Assembly (NCBI GenBank): GCA_951406725.2
Contig: OX597833.1
Location: forward strand, 69,316,001 to 69,380,000
DNA from: Octopus vulgaris
Taxonomy: Eukaryota
Direction: 5' to 3'
Length of the DNA stretch: 64,000 bases
Shown here: positions 40,369 through 54,170 of the stretch, one piece after another
How the letters are laid out: each line of letters opens with the position of its first letter
How positions within the stretch are numbered: the stretch's first letter is position 1
Notes under the pieces: generated by a model
Database searches by the model: none
What the model was told of the DNA's origin: nothing
Seen by the model: the letters and a program-made list of their open reading frames with translations, nothing else
Position numbers and translations under genes: made by a program

Positions 40369-40594
40369 AAAGAGGGGGTTAATATGAGAGATGCGATACA
40401 AAAACAGGGGGTTAATATGAGAGATGCGACACAGAAAGAGGATGTTAATATGAGAGATGCGATACAAAAACAGGGGGTTAATATGAGAGATGCGACACAG
40501 AAAGAGGGGGTTAATATGAGAGATGCGATACGAAAACAGGGGGTTAATATGAGAGATGCGACACAGAAAGAGGGGTTAATATGAGAGATGCGAC
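40369..40594. repeat. 33-bp minisatellite with alternating A/B units (66-bp higher order), about 7 units
   Basis: aatatgagagatgcga recurs every 33 bp, alternating tacaaaaacag and cacagaaagag. Confidence 0.92.
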
Positions 40595-40674
40595 ATGAAC
40601 GTATAAACGAGGCCGTGTACAAACACAGACGCACACATTGAAAGAAGTGGAGCAATACAGGCAAGGTAGGAACG

Positions 40675-40733
<59 letters not shown>

Positions 40734-40914
40734 GACTTATACATATAAGATACAGTGTGATGTTTACGAACACAAAACACAACTCTGATTATGCAGTTAG
40801 CATATCCACGTTAGAATTTGCAGTAACGTTTGATGCAACAACGCGTACTTCCGTTCGTTTTTTTTTCGTTCATTTCGTAAATGTTACCATATATATTGTA
40901 ACGACAATAATGAT

Positions 40915-41090
40915 TTCAAATTTCGTGGAAGGAGATAAGATGCTTACATCGGACCCAGTGCTCAACTGGTATTATTTTTGTCGATCCCGAAAGAATGAAA
41001 GGCAAAGTCGACACCGGCAGAATTTGAACTGAGAACATCATAACAACGGAGGAAATTCAGCGAAACAATTAGTCCGACTTGCTAACGATT
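40915..41090 (-). mobile_element. Decayed F2 SINE
   Basis: gaatgaaaggcaaagtcgac..gaatttgaact. Confidence 0.75.
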
Positions 41091-41369
41091 TATAACAGAG
41101 ATAAACGCTTAGATAGTCTGTTGGTTTTGACTATGGAAATGCTATATCTTATTTGATGACGTCATTTTACTTGGAATGAAAAGCAATTATTCCTATTTAA
41201 TTTTTCAATGTTTCAGCGTTTCTTATCTTTGAATTTAATTTCATTTAATACTTTCAACTTGTAAAAGACACACGGACTGTCGGAATACTGTTCAACTAAT
41301 AAAATATCTATTGCAATCGCATCGCACTCTTGTCTATTATTATTATTACTATCATTTTTATTATTATTA

Positions 41370-41883
41370 TTGTCTGAGAGAGCAGTGCATGCCAACAAAG
41401 TGATACTTGGGTAAAATATACGAAGCCCAGTATACCAATCATGACTAACCCTCTGATAAGGGTATACTAGACACATGCATCACATGTGCACGACATGGCG
41501 ATCTCATATCAAGATAAACAGTGCATGAACTTGCAGATGGGGTCCAGTTAGACCAACGCAGTAAGAAGATCCCTGAATAGGGTTTCTTCTAGGGGTGATG
41601 AAAAAAACGCCCATGTTTCCAGAGGTGAATTATGCAAACCCCAAAGAATTCCTCTCAGCACATGGCTATGATGCTCCCCCACAACTTTTGCTCATGATCA
41701 AAGATGCACATAACGTCAGTCACTAAGGGGCAACTGGTTAAGATCAAAGAACTGATAAGCAAATCTGTGGTATGGAGCATAATATTTGATGTAGCCTATC
41801 AAAACAATGTACATGTTAACACTTCCAATCAGTTAAGATCAAAAGTCATGAGAGCCACTGTCTGGTACTGCATCAGGGCATTT
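41370..41883 (-). mobile_element. ~515-bp non-coding retroposon ending in (TAA)n, inserted in (TAA)n
   Basis: 3' end gcatgcactgctctctcagacaa(taa)n is shared with 41908-42105 and 43165-43296. Confidence 0.75.
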
Positions 41884-41907
41884 ATTATTATTATTATTAT
41901 TATTATT

Positions 41908-42105
41908 GAGTGAGAGAGCAGTTCATGCCATCAAAGTGACACTGGGGTAAAATATACGAAGCCCAATATACCCATCATGACAACCCGTCTGATAAAGGTA
42001 CACCAGGCACATGCATCACAACCATATGTGCGCGACATGGTGATCTCATATCAAGATAAACAGCACATGACCTTGCAGGTGGGGCCCAGTTAGAATTTTC
42101 TTCAG
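41908..42105 (-). mobile_element. 5'-truncated copy of the same (TAA)n-tailed retroposon
   Basis: Aligns to 41370-41550. Confidence 0.8.
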
Positions 42106-42539
42106 GTTTCGCTTCTGTAAGAATATTCTCTTACAGTCTTATTGTCGTTTCGAGTCCATTTCCTCTTTTCTTTGTAGCAGCATTCGGATAGCGACTAAGT
42201 CTACCCTGGTGCACTACAGAACACTTGCCGTGCGAAAGACCTTCACTGGGGGATCGGCTGTCATGAACGTTGTTGCTATGATTTTGATTTGGCATCACAC
42301 TCATAAAGAGGGCTGTGTTGATTAGGTGTCACAACCACCGGCGCCTTCATCGAGACCCTGTCCCTGGTGAGGTTGCCAGTCAAGGCCTAGCCGTTTTTCA
42401 ACTGCCGCTACGTTTATAGTTCAAATTACAGCGAGGCCCACTTTGTCTTTCATACTTTCGGGTTCGATAAATTAAGTACTATTGAAACCTAGCCCCCTCC
42501 CCACAATTTTCAATCTTTGTACTTTTAGTACAAAGTATC

Positions 42540-42579
42540 ATTGTTGTTGTTGTTGTTGTTAGTAGTAGTAGTAGTAGTT

Positions 42580-42642
<63 letters not shown>
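42540..42642. repeat. (TTG)n/(TAG)n microsatellite
   Basis: Directly visible. Confidence 0.95.
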
Positions 42643-42979
42643 TCTTCGTAATTATTATTCTTATGTAGCATGTGTAAATTAGATATATACTTGCTTTCGA
42701 ACACCATTATCACAGCGGGAAGCTTTGATATGATGCCAAAACATACTTCTAATTACCAACAAGATAAATTGCACTAATTAATATGCCTACTCCATAATCA
42801 GGCTTGCTTATTATGCTGTTCGAAAATGCTCAGCTAAATGAAAAGTGAGCAGACTAAATTGTTTAACTTTATCTAACTGTAATCTACTTTTCCTGATATA
42901 ATTATTTTCCAATGGAGACTAATCACTCCGAAACAAGATATAGCTGGTGTTCTAACAAAGAGCTGATACATTATCGCAC

Positions 42980-43430
42980 AATTACCTATTTATTAGTATA
43001 CTGATAATATAAGTAGGTTTTTGACTGACAGAGTAACGAATATCGTATCACAGGTCTAGGTGCAGGCATAGGCCCTATTGCGACTGAGAGGAACCTTTTG
43101 CAAATGCCTTGATGCATAGCCCTATTGCAAATGCCTTGATGCAAAGCCCTATTGCGGCTCACAATGTCGCGCACATGATTGTGATGCATGTGCCTGGTGT
43201 ACCCTTATCAGACGGGTAGTCATGATGGGTATACTGTACTTCGTATATTTTACCCCAGTATCACTTTGATGGCATGCACTGCTCTCTCAGACAATAATTA
43301 CCTATTTATTAGTATACTGATTATATAAGTAGGTTTTTGACTGACAGAGTAACGAATATCGTATCACAGGTCTAGGTGCAGGCATAGCCCTATTGCGACT
43401 GAGAGGAACCTTTTGCAAATGCCTTGATGC
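42980..43430 (+). mobile_element. Truncated (TAA)-tailed retroposon (43165-43296) flanked by a ~135-bp direct duplication
   Basis: 42980-43115 is nearly identical to 43296-43430. Confidence 0.85.
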
Positions 43431-43946
43431 CAGTTCTCTTTGGCACTGTGAAGGAGTTTGCGTATGCTTCATTTTTTTTCAATATATTATTAATTTAAAT
43501 AGTTTTAAGTGGAATTTTTTGCAGGCAGCAATCATGTAAAAACCACGTAAAAGAAAATTTCCTGGGTTCGAAGAAATCGATTTTTCCCAGGCACCGAACT
43601 TTTTAGGCCTTGTGCTAGAGTTTGAAACCAATATTTCCCTCTTCTAATAATGGTGAACATAAACCATTTCCCCCATAGAAATCGCCGACGACGTGTTGCT
43701 TCAAAAGGAATGTAACAACAATTTCGCACGTATAATGATAGCTTCTCATCATCCTTAGTGTAGTGACTGATATGGTTTTGTTATGCTTATTTGCAAACTC
43801 GGGGTGACGAGAGGTTAGAGTGCAGCCCATTGTGTTCAATTCCACTGCTCATCTTCATATACTCACACCTCTCTCCCCTTCTCTGTTTATTTCTCCATCC
43901 TTCACTTTCTCTTTCCCTCCCTCTTTATGTATATATATATATATGA

Positions 43947-44025
<79 letters not shown>

Positions 44026-44958
44026 TATATATATATATATATATACATATATATTATATATATATAATGCAGGTACAGAAGTGTACCTACACGTGTGCTG
44101 TTGGCGATTTCTTCTTTTCTTTCGTTGACTATAGCCCTTTCTCCTTTCCAGCGGGCTTGCACGCAGTGTCTGTTTACCAAATTCGCTCAGAAGTTATTAG
44201 TCTGACTAGAACTATAACAGATGACATTTACTGCAGATGGAGACCTGTATTACAACTAAGTCCGAAAGTACGTGGTGCCAAATCAAGTTAATTAGACACT
44301 CTATCGCCATACTATGATGTGTGAAGTTTCATTCGTTGAAACCAACCGAATTTATCTTCCCGTTCTTCAGGGAAAGATAGTGATACCCCTAACCCAGTGT
44401 TTAACACCAAAACCTGACGTCTGATACTCTCTAGACTATCCACATGCTGAAAGATTTGCGAAGTCATTTCAAGTGAGGATAACACCCTGAAATTACAAAT
44501 CTGGAAGGCCATGAAAAAAATTCTTTAGCACTGTTCTTGAATATGCATGTGTGAAATTGGGATGCACCGAGACTGGAATATCGAATTCATCAATCAACAA
44601 AAATCTGTTAGTTCTCATCGGCTCAGAATAAAATCTGAAATTTGTTTTCTCCCTATCTTTGGTCAATCGCTCAATATATCTATCAATCAGTGTATCTAAC
44701 TACCTATATCTTCCTATATCTATCTTTCGATCTACATTTTCCTACGTATATCTATATACTTATATATAGGTATATATATTTATATATATTTACATATATT
44801 TTCTTATATCCACCTACATAAATCTATATTTGTCTATATACCAAGTTATCAAACTACCTACCTATGTATCAACTAACCTACCTACCTGTCCGTTTGTCTA
44901 GCTGTCTGTCTTTCTATTTATCTATCTATACCTTTCTCTCCGTATATATATATGTATG

Positions 44959-45019
<61 letters not shown>

Positions 45020-45025
<6 letters not shown>

Positions 45026-45310
45026 TTAGAGATAAAACCACTATTAGGCAAAACATATATATATATATATACATATAAAAGATAATGGTGTCATTGAGAC
45101 CCAAAGGCGTCAGGTAATGCTGAATAGGTGCTATAGTCAGACCTTGGTTAAGTTCTAGATTCGGTAATATTGCGAATAAAGGGTTCAACGTTGGTTCTGT
45201 GTCAGCGTGTGTATATATGAATTTTTTTTTGCCTAATAAGATAAAACAGCTGTAAGACCCTCTATCTATAAATACTCTAATATCTATACAGCCTTGATTT
45301 TTTTTATCTT
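45020..45310. mobile_element. pLTR-like fragments in (TA)n
   Basis: ttaaattagagataaaaccactatta matches 35314; aaacagctgtaaga at 45244 matches the HHR 3' half at 5736. Confidence 0.55.
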
Positions 45311-45339
45311 ATATATGTATATATATATATATATATATA

Positions 45340-45605
45340 TAATGTAAAGTATAGAAGCCATCTTAACATGGCTAACCACATAGGGGAGGGGGTGTTACTG
45401 TAGCTTTATAGCCCCAGGAGATCGTCGTCTCCAGCTGGCTTTAGACGCCATTTCAGTGCCCTTTTAGTTGGAGACGACGATCTCCTGGGGCTATAAAGCT
45501 ACAGTAACACCCTCTCCCCTATGTGGTTAGCCATGTTAAGATGGCTTCTATACTTTACATTATCGAGCGATTACTGTTTCAATCTCATTCTGAGATTTAA
45601 TAATG

Positions 45606-45606
<1 letters not shown>
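45340..45606. mobile_element. Inverted insertion in (TA)n, diverged relative of the 37667 unit
   Basis: 45340-45433 is the reverse complement of 45469-45562; shares aagccatct..atggcta, ggggtgttactgt and tagccccagg with 37726-37793. Confidence 0.85.
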
Positions 45607-45643
<37 letters not shown>

Positions 45644-48600
45644 TTAATAAGGGTGAGAGAATTAGATACTAATTTAATAGTATATCTATTCTACACCAAG
45701 TGGCCTAGTGCTCCGAGAAACCTGGATTATTATAATATTTTATAATATATTATAATATTTTTACAAAATAAATATAAGAGAGTGGTCACTATATGGCTCA
45801 CTCTAGCACCAGTTAATCCAAAAGGTTTCAACCACAAAAATACATGTTTCCCATGAAAGTCAGTACGATTGTTAGCTCACACGGACAGGGCAAATAAAAA
45901 ATAACAAAAATACAGATTATTTTGGGACAATTGTTTCGCTATTAATGAATTAAATGTAATTTTACTTACAAAAAAATCCACTTGTAGCTCCTCAGCCAAA
46001 ACTATCTGGATGAAATCCACATATATATACATATTAGCTTCTCTCATTTTATCTGTATATATAAATGTATAAAAAGTATATACTGGTTTGGTGTTTTCAG
46101 TCTGCGGTGCATTGCAGGGTACATATGTATAGCTATTTTCTCGCCTGTACATATACATATGGACATATATATATACATATACATATTTCTAAAGCCAAGT
46201 CATTCAATAAACTGGGATCATTAAAATGAGTGCCAGACTAACTATAGGCACAGACATATATTTGCCCGACTCCCTTGACGTTGATGATACAGTATTAATC
46301 GGCTGAAATAATAATATAGCACATTACATTGTCAATCGATTGTGAATAAAAGAACCGTATCTATTAATTCTAACAAATTTGTGGGAAATGATGCAATTAT
46401 TTAATTGTAAGGAAATTATGATAACAAGTTGTTCGTTTGCCAAACAGAAATCTTATTTTCAATTTACATTTTTAAGGTAATATAGTTTACTAGTGTATTT
46501 CACAACAGTTTCATAGTTACTTATATAATACGACAGGAGAATATATATGGCAGACATATTACTACCAGCCGAAATGACGGGTGGTTTGTGTCACATTTTA
46601 CAGAAGAAGAGGTCTAGAGACTGGTTGTGGAAAGTTGTCGAGACTCAATGAGGTTGATCAATAAGAAATATAACCAAAAATATTAGTGGCGTGACCATAC
46701 TGCTTCATGGTGTTTAGAGTTTTACTGTACAATGAAGAATGAAGTGTTCTAAGTAAAATATTTGAGTGTACTCGAGGGAGATTGTTTTTATCTGAAATCA
46801 ATGTCTTTAGCTGTCTTATAAAGTAATTTTTAATTCAAATATTTTGTGTACCTCGCATTTGCATTCGTAATAGATTTGACTTCTCTCCGTCACGTTACAT
46901 ACACTGAAAATATACATACAAAACAAAAAATCTTTTCTAGAAATTTCGAGAGTAATATAGTTCAGTTGCCCAGAATATATTTGAAATCACCCCTCGGATT
47001 TATTGGAGTATTTACGAGTTGGGTTGTATTTGGCTTGCTAACTACCGCTGCATTCCCAGGCGATTCAGAGCTGTCCTCTCTTCACTTACTTACGCATATC
47101 AATGTATTACTGTCCCTTATATCCAATATCACCCATCTTGTATGTAGTCATCCCAAATATCGTACCTTTTCTATTATAGAGGACCTCTCTTGGTGAGAAC
47201 ACATTTAACAAAGCTAAGATCGCTTTCCAAAACACTCCCTTCGCCCCCAAATCATGCTGACAGCCAACAAAGCTGAAATGAAGCTACAATATAGGACGAC
47301 TCTTGTATCTTGGATGGTACTCATACACGCGCCAGCGGCCTGAATTTTAACGAGGTGATAGCTACTCATCTCAATGGCATTTTATCACTAAAGGGCACAC
47401 CCTAAACTCTGAACGAGAGTTGAGCTTTTCTCTCTGTAATTTTATCGCTATTATTACAACCTCTTCTCGTAAGAGTTGGTTGCATTCGTACCTCCACAAT
47501 TCTGGTACCGCTAAATAACTGGCCTCTTCTCTTTTCACTTTTAGTGCATCAAACACATTCCCCCTTTAAACTAACCGAATCACACATCCCCTAGGACATC
47601 GTCCTTGTGGAATATCCTACCTGCCTGCATCTTACCTGCAGGTGTTGCCTTGTCACAATTTAAATGAAACATCTCTCTTATCAATACCAATGGGCAGATA
47701 GAGCTTCCAAGGGTTACAGGCTCCGTTCCATCATTCATATTTATCAGTTAAATGTAAAACAATTTTTTGTACCTATCTCTAGCTTTAAGTTCCGCACACA
47801 AAGGTACATTAACTACTTTTTGCCTATAAATGTTTTTTTTCGCAAGCTTCGAGTCCCCTGCAATATAAACTCTAGGTACTGACTTAAATAGAAATTCTCG
47901 GAGACGCCGTAATAGCTATATTCTGAAGTACTTAAAAGACAAAATATAAAAAAATAGATTTTACTCTAACAAAACACTGGTTTATATACAGTAAGCCAGA
48001 ACATGGAATCTTAATGATTATAGGTTCTGGGTCTATAATTTAATGTATCGCCTTCTCTCTATCAATATAATTTTTAATGCGAAGCTGAGCATATTGTTAT
48101 AGAAACAACTCATTGCCTCTTTACAAGAGAGAAATAGACATGTTCTAAATTAATCGATAAAGAAAAGACTTAAAATCTTTAATTTGTTAATAAACATGAT
48201 GGCGGTAGCTGATTCTTTCTGAGAAATATAAGTAAAGGAATAATTACATGACAAACAACAAGAAATCAGGAATACGAACGTTTGATACTATGGACTGTAA
48301 ACCATCACTGGAATTATTTTAAAACATTGCGCAGTATATAGAGAAGACATTTCTTTGGTAAGTATGCTATTGAGAAATAGAAAAAGAAAGAGAGAGACAC
48401 ATACACACACACACACACACATATACAGAGACATAGAAGAGACAGTTACTAATATGTTGACGAGATAAGTACTGAAAGAAAGTTGTAAATATATCAGAAA
48501 TATATTGTTGAAGAACAATAGCAAAGCAAGACAAAGAAAGTCTACTTATTTCTAAATCACCAAAGTATTAGTATTACAACAAAAGCCACATGTGTCCTGT

Positions 48601-49199
48601 TATATCAAACAGAAAAGATCCGACATCCTTGAATTAAAAGTGCATGTTATTTAATACGCTTTCTAATTATATAGCATGTAATTTACTCTGTTTTGAAGAA
48701 ACCAAAATAATGTAAATGATTTAAATAATGTAAAGATATGTTTGCGAGTCGACTTGAAGTAATGGATCGCTTGATTGGTTTCTTGAGCAGCACTGGCATG
48801 ACTTCACGATACTGCTAGGGACGGTCACTCATTTGTACAGACATCGCAACGATGGCCAACTCCTGTAATATTCATTATATCATTGATTTTGTTTTAGTGA
48901 ACCTTTATATGACGATTTAATCGGTCTCCCTATGCCCATGATTTACAACACTCCCTGAAAGTACAGATGTTGTATAATACGTCTTTAACATGGGTCTGAG
49001 TCTTCTCCGAAAACTTCGAAAACCTGCCTTACTTCCTCAGATAGGTCCTCACTCGTTATATGTGACATAAGGAATTGCTCCAACATGTTCAAATTCGCAT
49101 GAAGAATCTTATAAAATATTCGTTTGAGCTGTTCACGCTCGATATTATTTCCTTCAAACTCTCTGCTTCCACGATACTCTGTTTTCCTTCACAATAAAA

Positions 49200-49800
49200 A
49201 ATGTTTTATTATCAATGTTTGAAGACTTTTACTCCCTTTAGTGTATTATCAATGCACTCCCTAGAATTCAAATTTGTTTGATTCCCTAGTGCCTCATACT
49301 AGGCGAACCCAGCATAGAGTGAGACAATTCTTCAAACCCCTCCAGCAACTCAAATGTGTACTTGGTTATATTGGCACTGTTTGCTGCGCGTTATCATGTT
49401 GTAAAAGTGTGAGTCTTCGATTGACCAATGAGGAAAAGCGGGTTTTAAAAGCATCAAATATTTGTTGCTGTTGGGGAGCATAAAATTAGTGTTCGCAGCA
49501 TGAAGAAACTGAAAGTGAAAAACCCGCTGAAATGTCCACACCAAACAAGCATAACCTTCTGTTCAAACCACCCATGTTTGACAACAGTATCTAAAACCTG
49601 GCCTGAACGAAAACATGGATTTTTCTATTACGACCTTCCTTGAAACGTCTCAACCAGAATTGTGCAACATGTCCGTTGACTATTCTTGGGTCTTCCACAT
49701 CATTAATTTCTTTTTTCGCTGTCCTTGCACTCAATCCTTTTGTCCACGTTTAGCTAAAACGGCTCAAATTCCATTTATTTTGTTCACTGCTCAATATTGA
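49200..49800 (-). mobile_element. Decayed mariner transposase
   Basis: SARTAKKEINDV..VAQFWLRRFKEG (HTH-like), KVML, and LVNRRLTLLQHDNA (second catalytic Asp motif); many disruptions. Confidence 0.7.
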
Positions 49801-50033
49801 AGCTGTTAAATAATGTATAAACTATCAACGTTTATGTGTTTTCTGTGAGAAAATACAAAGAATAAACAATTCAGAAACGAGTGGACAAGTTTTATCGAAT
49901 TAATGATATAATATGAAGGTACAAGTTGCAGCAAATTAACACTAAAAATTGCCATATCTAACGACACCGTCCGACCAGCACCCACACAAACACATAAAGT
50001 AAACATGTTCATAGCCCGACATATACACATAAT

Positions 50034-51230
50034 TATGAGAGGAGATGGAAGAGCTTATAGGTTGGAGCTGTAAAATCTTGCATACATTAATTTCAACCCT
50101 TCGTATTGATAACTGCATCGATTTTTCCAGGTAAACTGACACCTAACTATTCAAAGAGGATATCAACAATATCTAGGAGCAACATCTCTTGAGAATAAAT
50201 AAAACTTGGCATCGTGGTGTTGTCAAGTACCAGCAGATAAGGAGTTTAGCTCCTAAGGACATTCATTTGGACGTGGTTGCTACATTAACGGATGACGCTC
50301 CAATTTTATCAACAGTTCGAAATTAGGCAGCTGAATTTAGGAGAGGAAGGGAGAGTCTTGAAGATAACCTGAGGTATTGACGTCCTACAACAAGGAAAAT
50401 ATTGATAATATTCACCGCATAGAGAACGATGACAACCGATTGACAATATATCAAATAACCATGTTATTAGCCTATCCTGTTGAGAATATTCTGCACAATG
50501 ATTGCTTCTGCTTAGTGGGTTCCACGTCTTCTGAGACCGGATCAAAAACGAACCAGGCTGATCATATCATGCGAAAATCTGAGGTTGGTTTCCTTGAACG
50601 TTTCCTAAACCAACATTAGCGTTTGGTTCATCTCTTTAAACTCACAGACAAAGAGACAATTCATTCAGTGGAAACACGCCTCGGCTGCTCCAAAAAAGGT
50701 CAAGGTTGTTGTATTTGCAGGATGGCTGACGGTCTCAGGTTTTGAGGATACAAAAAGCATTGTGGTTATTAGCCATCTTTAAAAGGGTCACACCAACAAC
50801 TGAGTATTATACCAACTTGCCGATGCAGTTACGAGATGCTCTCAACACCGAACGCCAATGAAAACTGACAGGACGATACTCTAGCACACACATCTTTGGT
50901 TTCACTGGTTGCTGTGTGTTTGACTATTGGTTTTAACTGGTTGATCTCCCTCCCTTATTCTCTTGATTTGACTCCATTTTACTATCACCAGTTCTCTGAC
51001 ATGAATAACACTTGACTGGGAACCAATATCGCAGTCATGATGACGTCAGACCTGCATTTGATGACTTGATTGGCCGAGTGGACGAAAACGAATGGGATTC
51101 AGGCATTCTAATAGCGATGGAAGGAGTGTTCGGACCGCAAAGGGGGCAATGTTGAAAAAATAAACATTATTTGCTCAAATTGCTTGTAAGTATCTTGCTC
51201 AGCTTATGAATACTTCATCCAGCCCTCATA
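50034..51230 (+). mobile_element. Near full-length decayed mariner element
   Basis: HRGVVKY..PKDIH..APILSTVRN*AAEFRRGRESLED, WVPRLL at ~50516, PYSLDLTP at ~50953. TIR-like ends tatgagagg.. and ..ccagccctcata. Confidence 0.85.
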
Positions 51231-51581
51231 GATGTGTTTGTGGCAGGATTTTCTTCTTTTGTAGATCCTTTTAATTAGACGCTGAAATCTTAACATTGTG
51301 TCTGACGGAACACAGAAGGAGACATTGTTATATATTACAAGGTGTTGAGGAATGTCCACCGTCGTTATACTGCTTCTACCCTTTGACTCCTCAAATGGAA
51401 ACCAATGAGATGCAGATTTGACTGTGGCTAAGAAATTCGTTCTCCAACTATGTCTGTCCGGCTTTAGTTTCACTGTTCTAGTGTTTTCTTCAATTGCTCA
51501 AGGCCCATCTCTGCATTTGCAAACAGTTTCCGCATTCATACGATGCGCTTCTCCACTTCAGATTCTCTCTAGTAAATATGC

Positions 51582-51659
<78 letters not shown>

Positions 51660-51661
<2 letters not shown>

Positions 51662-51885
51662 TAGGGGAGACGTTGCGTTGATGTGCATGTTTTTGTTTTC
51701 CCCCATTTTTGGGTAACCGGTATCGGTTTGTTTACGCCGAGGTTCCGGCACAAAGGAAATTGATGGAATAAGTCTCAGGCTAAAAATACGTACGGGAGCC
51801 GATTAATTTGACTAAACTCTTCGAGACAGCTCTACAACATCCGCTCGATCGAATAACTGAAACAAGCTAAAGAGAAAAAGAATAC
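51660..51885 (+). mobile_element. Decayed F1 3' half
   Basis: ggttccggcacaaagg..gaataagt..gactaaa..aactgaaacaag. Confidence 0.6.
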
Positions 51886-52339
51886 GGTATCCTTTGAAAT
51901 TATTTTACAAAGCATAAGCTTGAATAAAAATCTCAATATATAGCGATGGAAAATAAACACTGACGTAAACAAACACACAGAAATCATTGATATACACACA
52001 AAGCAAAGAGGCGCACAATAACACATTATCGCACAGTCGTGCGCACAATACCACATTATCGCACAGTCGTGCGCAGAATCTTAGCGAGGTTACATGGTGA
52101 CACACAAAACTATATTTTACGAATATTAGTAATAAATAATTTACAATTTCATTAGGCGTGTCTTTATGCTAACATATTTCTCCTTCCGTTGCTTTATGTC
52201 AATTGAGCGAATAAAATAAAGATGATTTTGTGTGAAAGTCTTACACTGCTTTAACATTTGAATAATCTATTTAGAAATAGAAATTTGTTTATGCTGTAAT
52301 ACTTTAAAATATTTCAGTGTGAAGGTGAAGTATACATTT

Positions 52340-52412
52340 ATGCATGTATGTATGTATGTATGTATGTATGTATGTATGTATGTATGTATGTATGTATCTA
52401 TCTATCTATCTA

Positions 52413-52466
<54 letters not shown>

Positions 52467-52502
52467 CATATATATACATATACATACATACATATACATA
52501 CA

Positions 52503-52536
<34 letters not shown>

Positions 52537-52679
52537 CATATATATATATACACACATATATATATACATATATATATACATATCCATCCATACATATACA
52601 TACATACATATATATATATACATATATAATTTATATTTATATATATATTTATATAAAGTAATTTGATATATGTATATAC

Positions 52680-52720
<41 letters not shown>

Positions 52721-52757
52721 TATTTTATATATATATGTATATATATATATATATATT
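52340..52757. repeat. Compound (TATG)/(TATC)/(TA)n microsatellite
   Basis: Directly visible. Confidence 0.95.
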
Positions 52758-53964
52758 CTAAATGAAAAGCGTTTATAAATATTTAGGTAGTTATCCGTAG
52801 ATATATTTTAAGTTCTTGCATTTGTGACGTATAATACTATATAGTTCACATCATAGCAATTGGCAAGCAGAGAGCTGAAGAATTTGGCAAAAATATTCAT
52901 GTAAACAGGAATAGTTTTTGTTTTCTTTATAGGATTTTGTATATATCCACTTCATGTACAAGTGTCTGCAATTTGTAATATCTTGCTGCAATTCGTAATA
53001 CATTTAACTTTAGAACATGCATAATACGCTGCCGCTACATATATCATTCATAAACATGAAATATATGGACGAAACCCAATAAGCTATCCATTGAATGATT
53101 TTAAGCTGCGTGGCTATACGCCAGATAGATTTAATTCAGAGAGAGAGGCCAAATCGAGTGAGTTTATTACCAGAGAAAATGTTAAAATATTTCTCTGCGA
53201 ACGACTGGAATTGGCGTTTATCCATCACTTGTGTTTGTTACTTCCATCGCAGTGCATTATTCCTACAGTCAACAGAAAAAAAAGTATAAATAAACTACCT
53301 GTTAGAACATTGTAAAACACGATTTTGCTTTAAATTCAATTTTTATACGTCATTGGGAATTTAATGGAATACATTATTGTTTACAAAATTTGAAAGATAA
53401 TTATTATTAAAAAATAATAGTCACGCAAAGATATATGACAGCGAAGAAAATCAATGAAATTCAAACTCTATATATAATATTTCATATTAATGGAGAGATG
53501 TACGTTTATATGAGTGTTGATGCTATGCCGAAATATCTAACGGATAGTCGACAAGTCGATGGTTGTTATGTCGTGTATAAAGTAAATATATTATCTGAGA
53601 CCAGGCTATATCGTCAATGCATAAAATTATAGCAGAATGCACAACTGTTCCACACACTAATTATAGTTCTATGCGAAACAATGGCTGCGATAACCTTTCA
53701 CAGGGTGAAGAGGTAACGGAATATAACATGGATGTTACAATTAATCACTTTTATTGACCTTATCACTTATCCATGGCGCAAGTGTCTTTGGTATTGTAAA
53801 GTCAGTACCATCAACCGTAATAGGTAAGAACACTATAGCCTTTTCAATTGCTTGATCTCATCTTTGGTTTTCTTTTTCTCTGAAAACCAACAATGAAATT
53901 AAATAAACGTAAGCCATGAAGCGAATTCAAATACCAGCAGAAAATATTTGTGATAAATATTCAT

Positions 53965-54170
53965 TTCTTTACTGCACACTGGGAGATAAACATAAAGGGG
54001 ACAAAAAAGGTCAGACATCGATCCCAGTGCGTAACTGGTACTTATTTTATCGACCCCGAAAGGATGAAAGGCAAAGTCGACCTCGGCGTAATTTGAACTC
54101 CGAACGTAACGGCAGACGAAATACCGCTAGGCATTTCGCCCGGTGTGCTAACGATTCTGCCAACTCGCCG
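53965..54170 (-). mobile_element. F2 SINE
   Basis: Reverse complement of F2. Confidence 0.85.

Noticed and set aside
46950-47720. Possible decayed LINE on -
   Set aside because: Only a vague compositional hint; no motif I can defend.
52015-52075. Short tandem duplications (also 7494-7568, 54217-54249, 4493-4519)
   Set aside because: Ordinary slippage-type duplications with no further structure.
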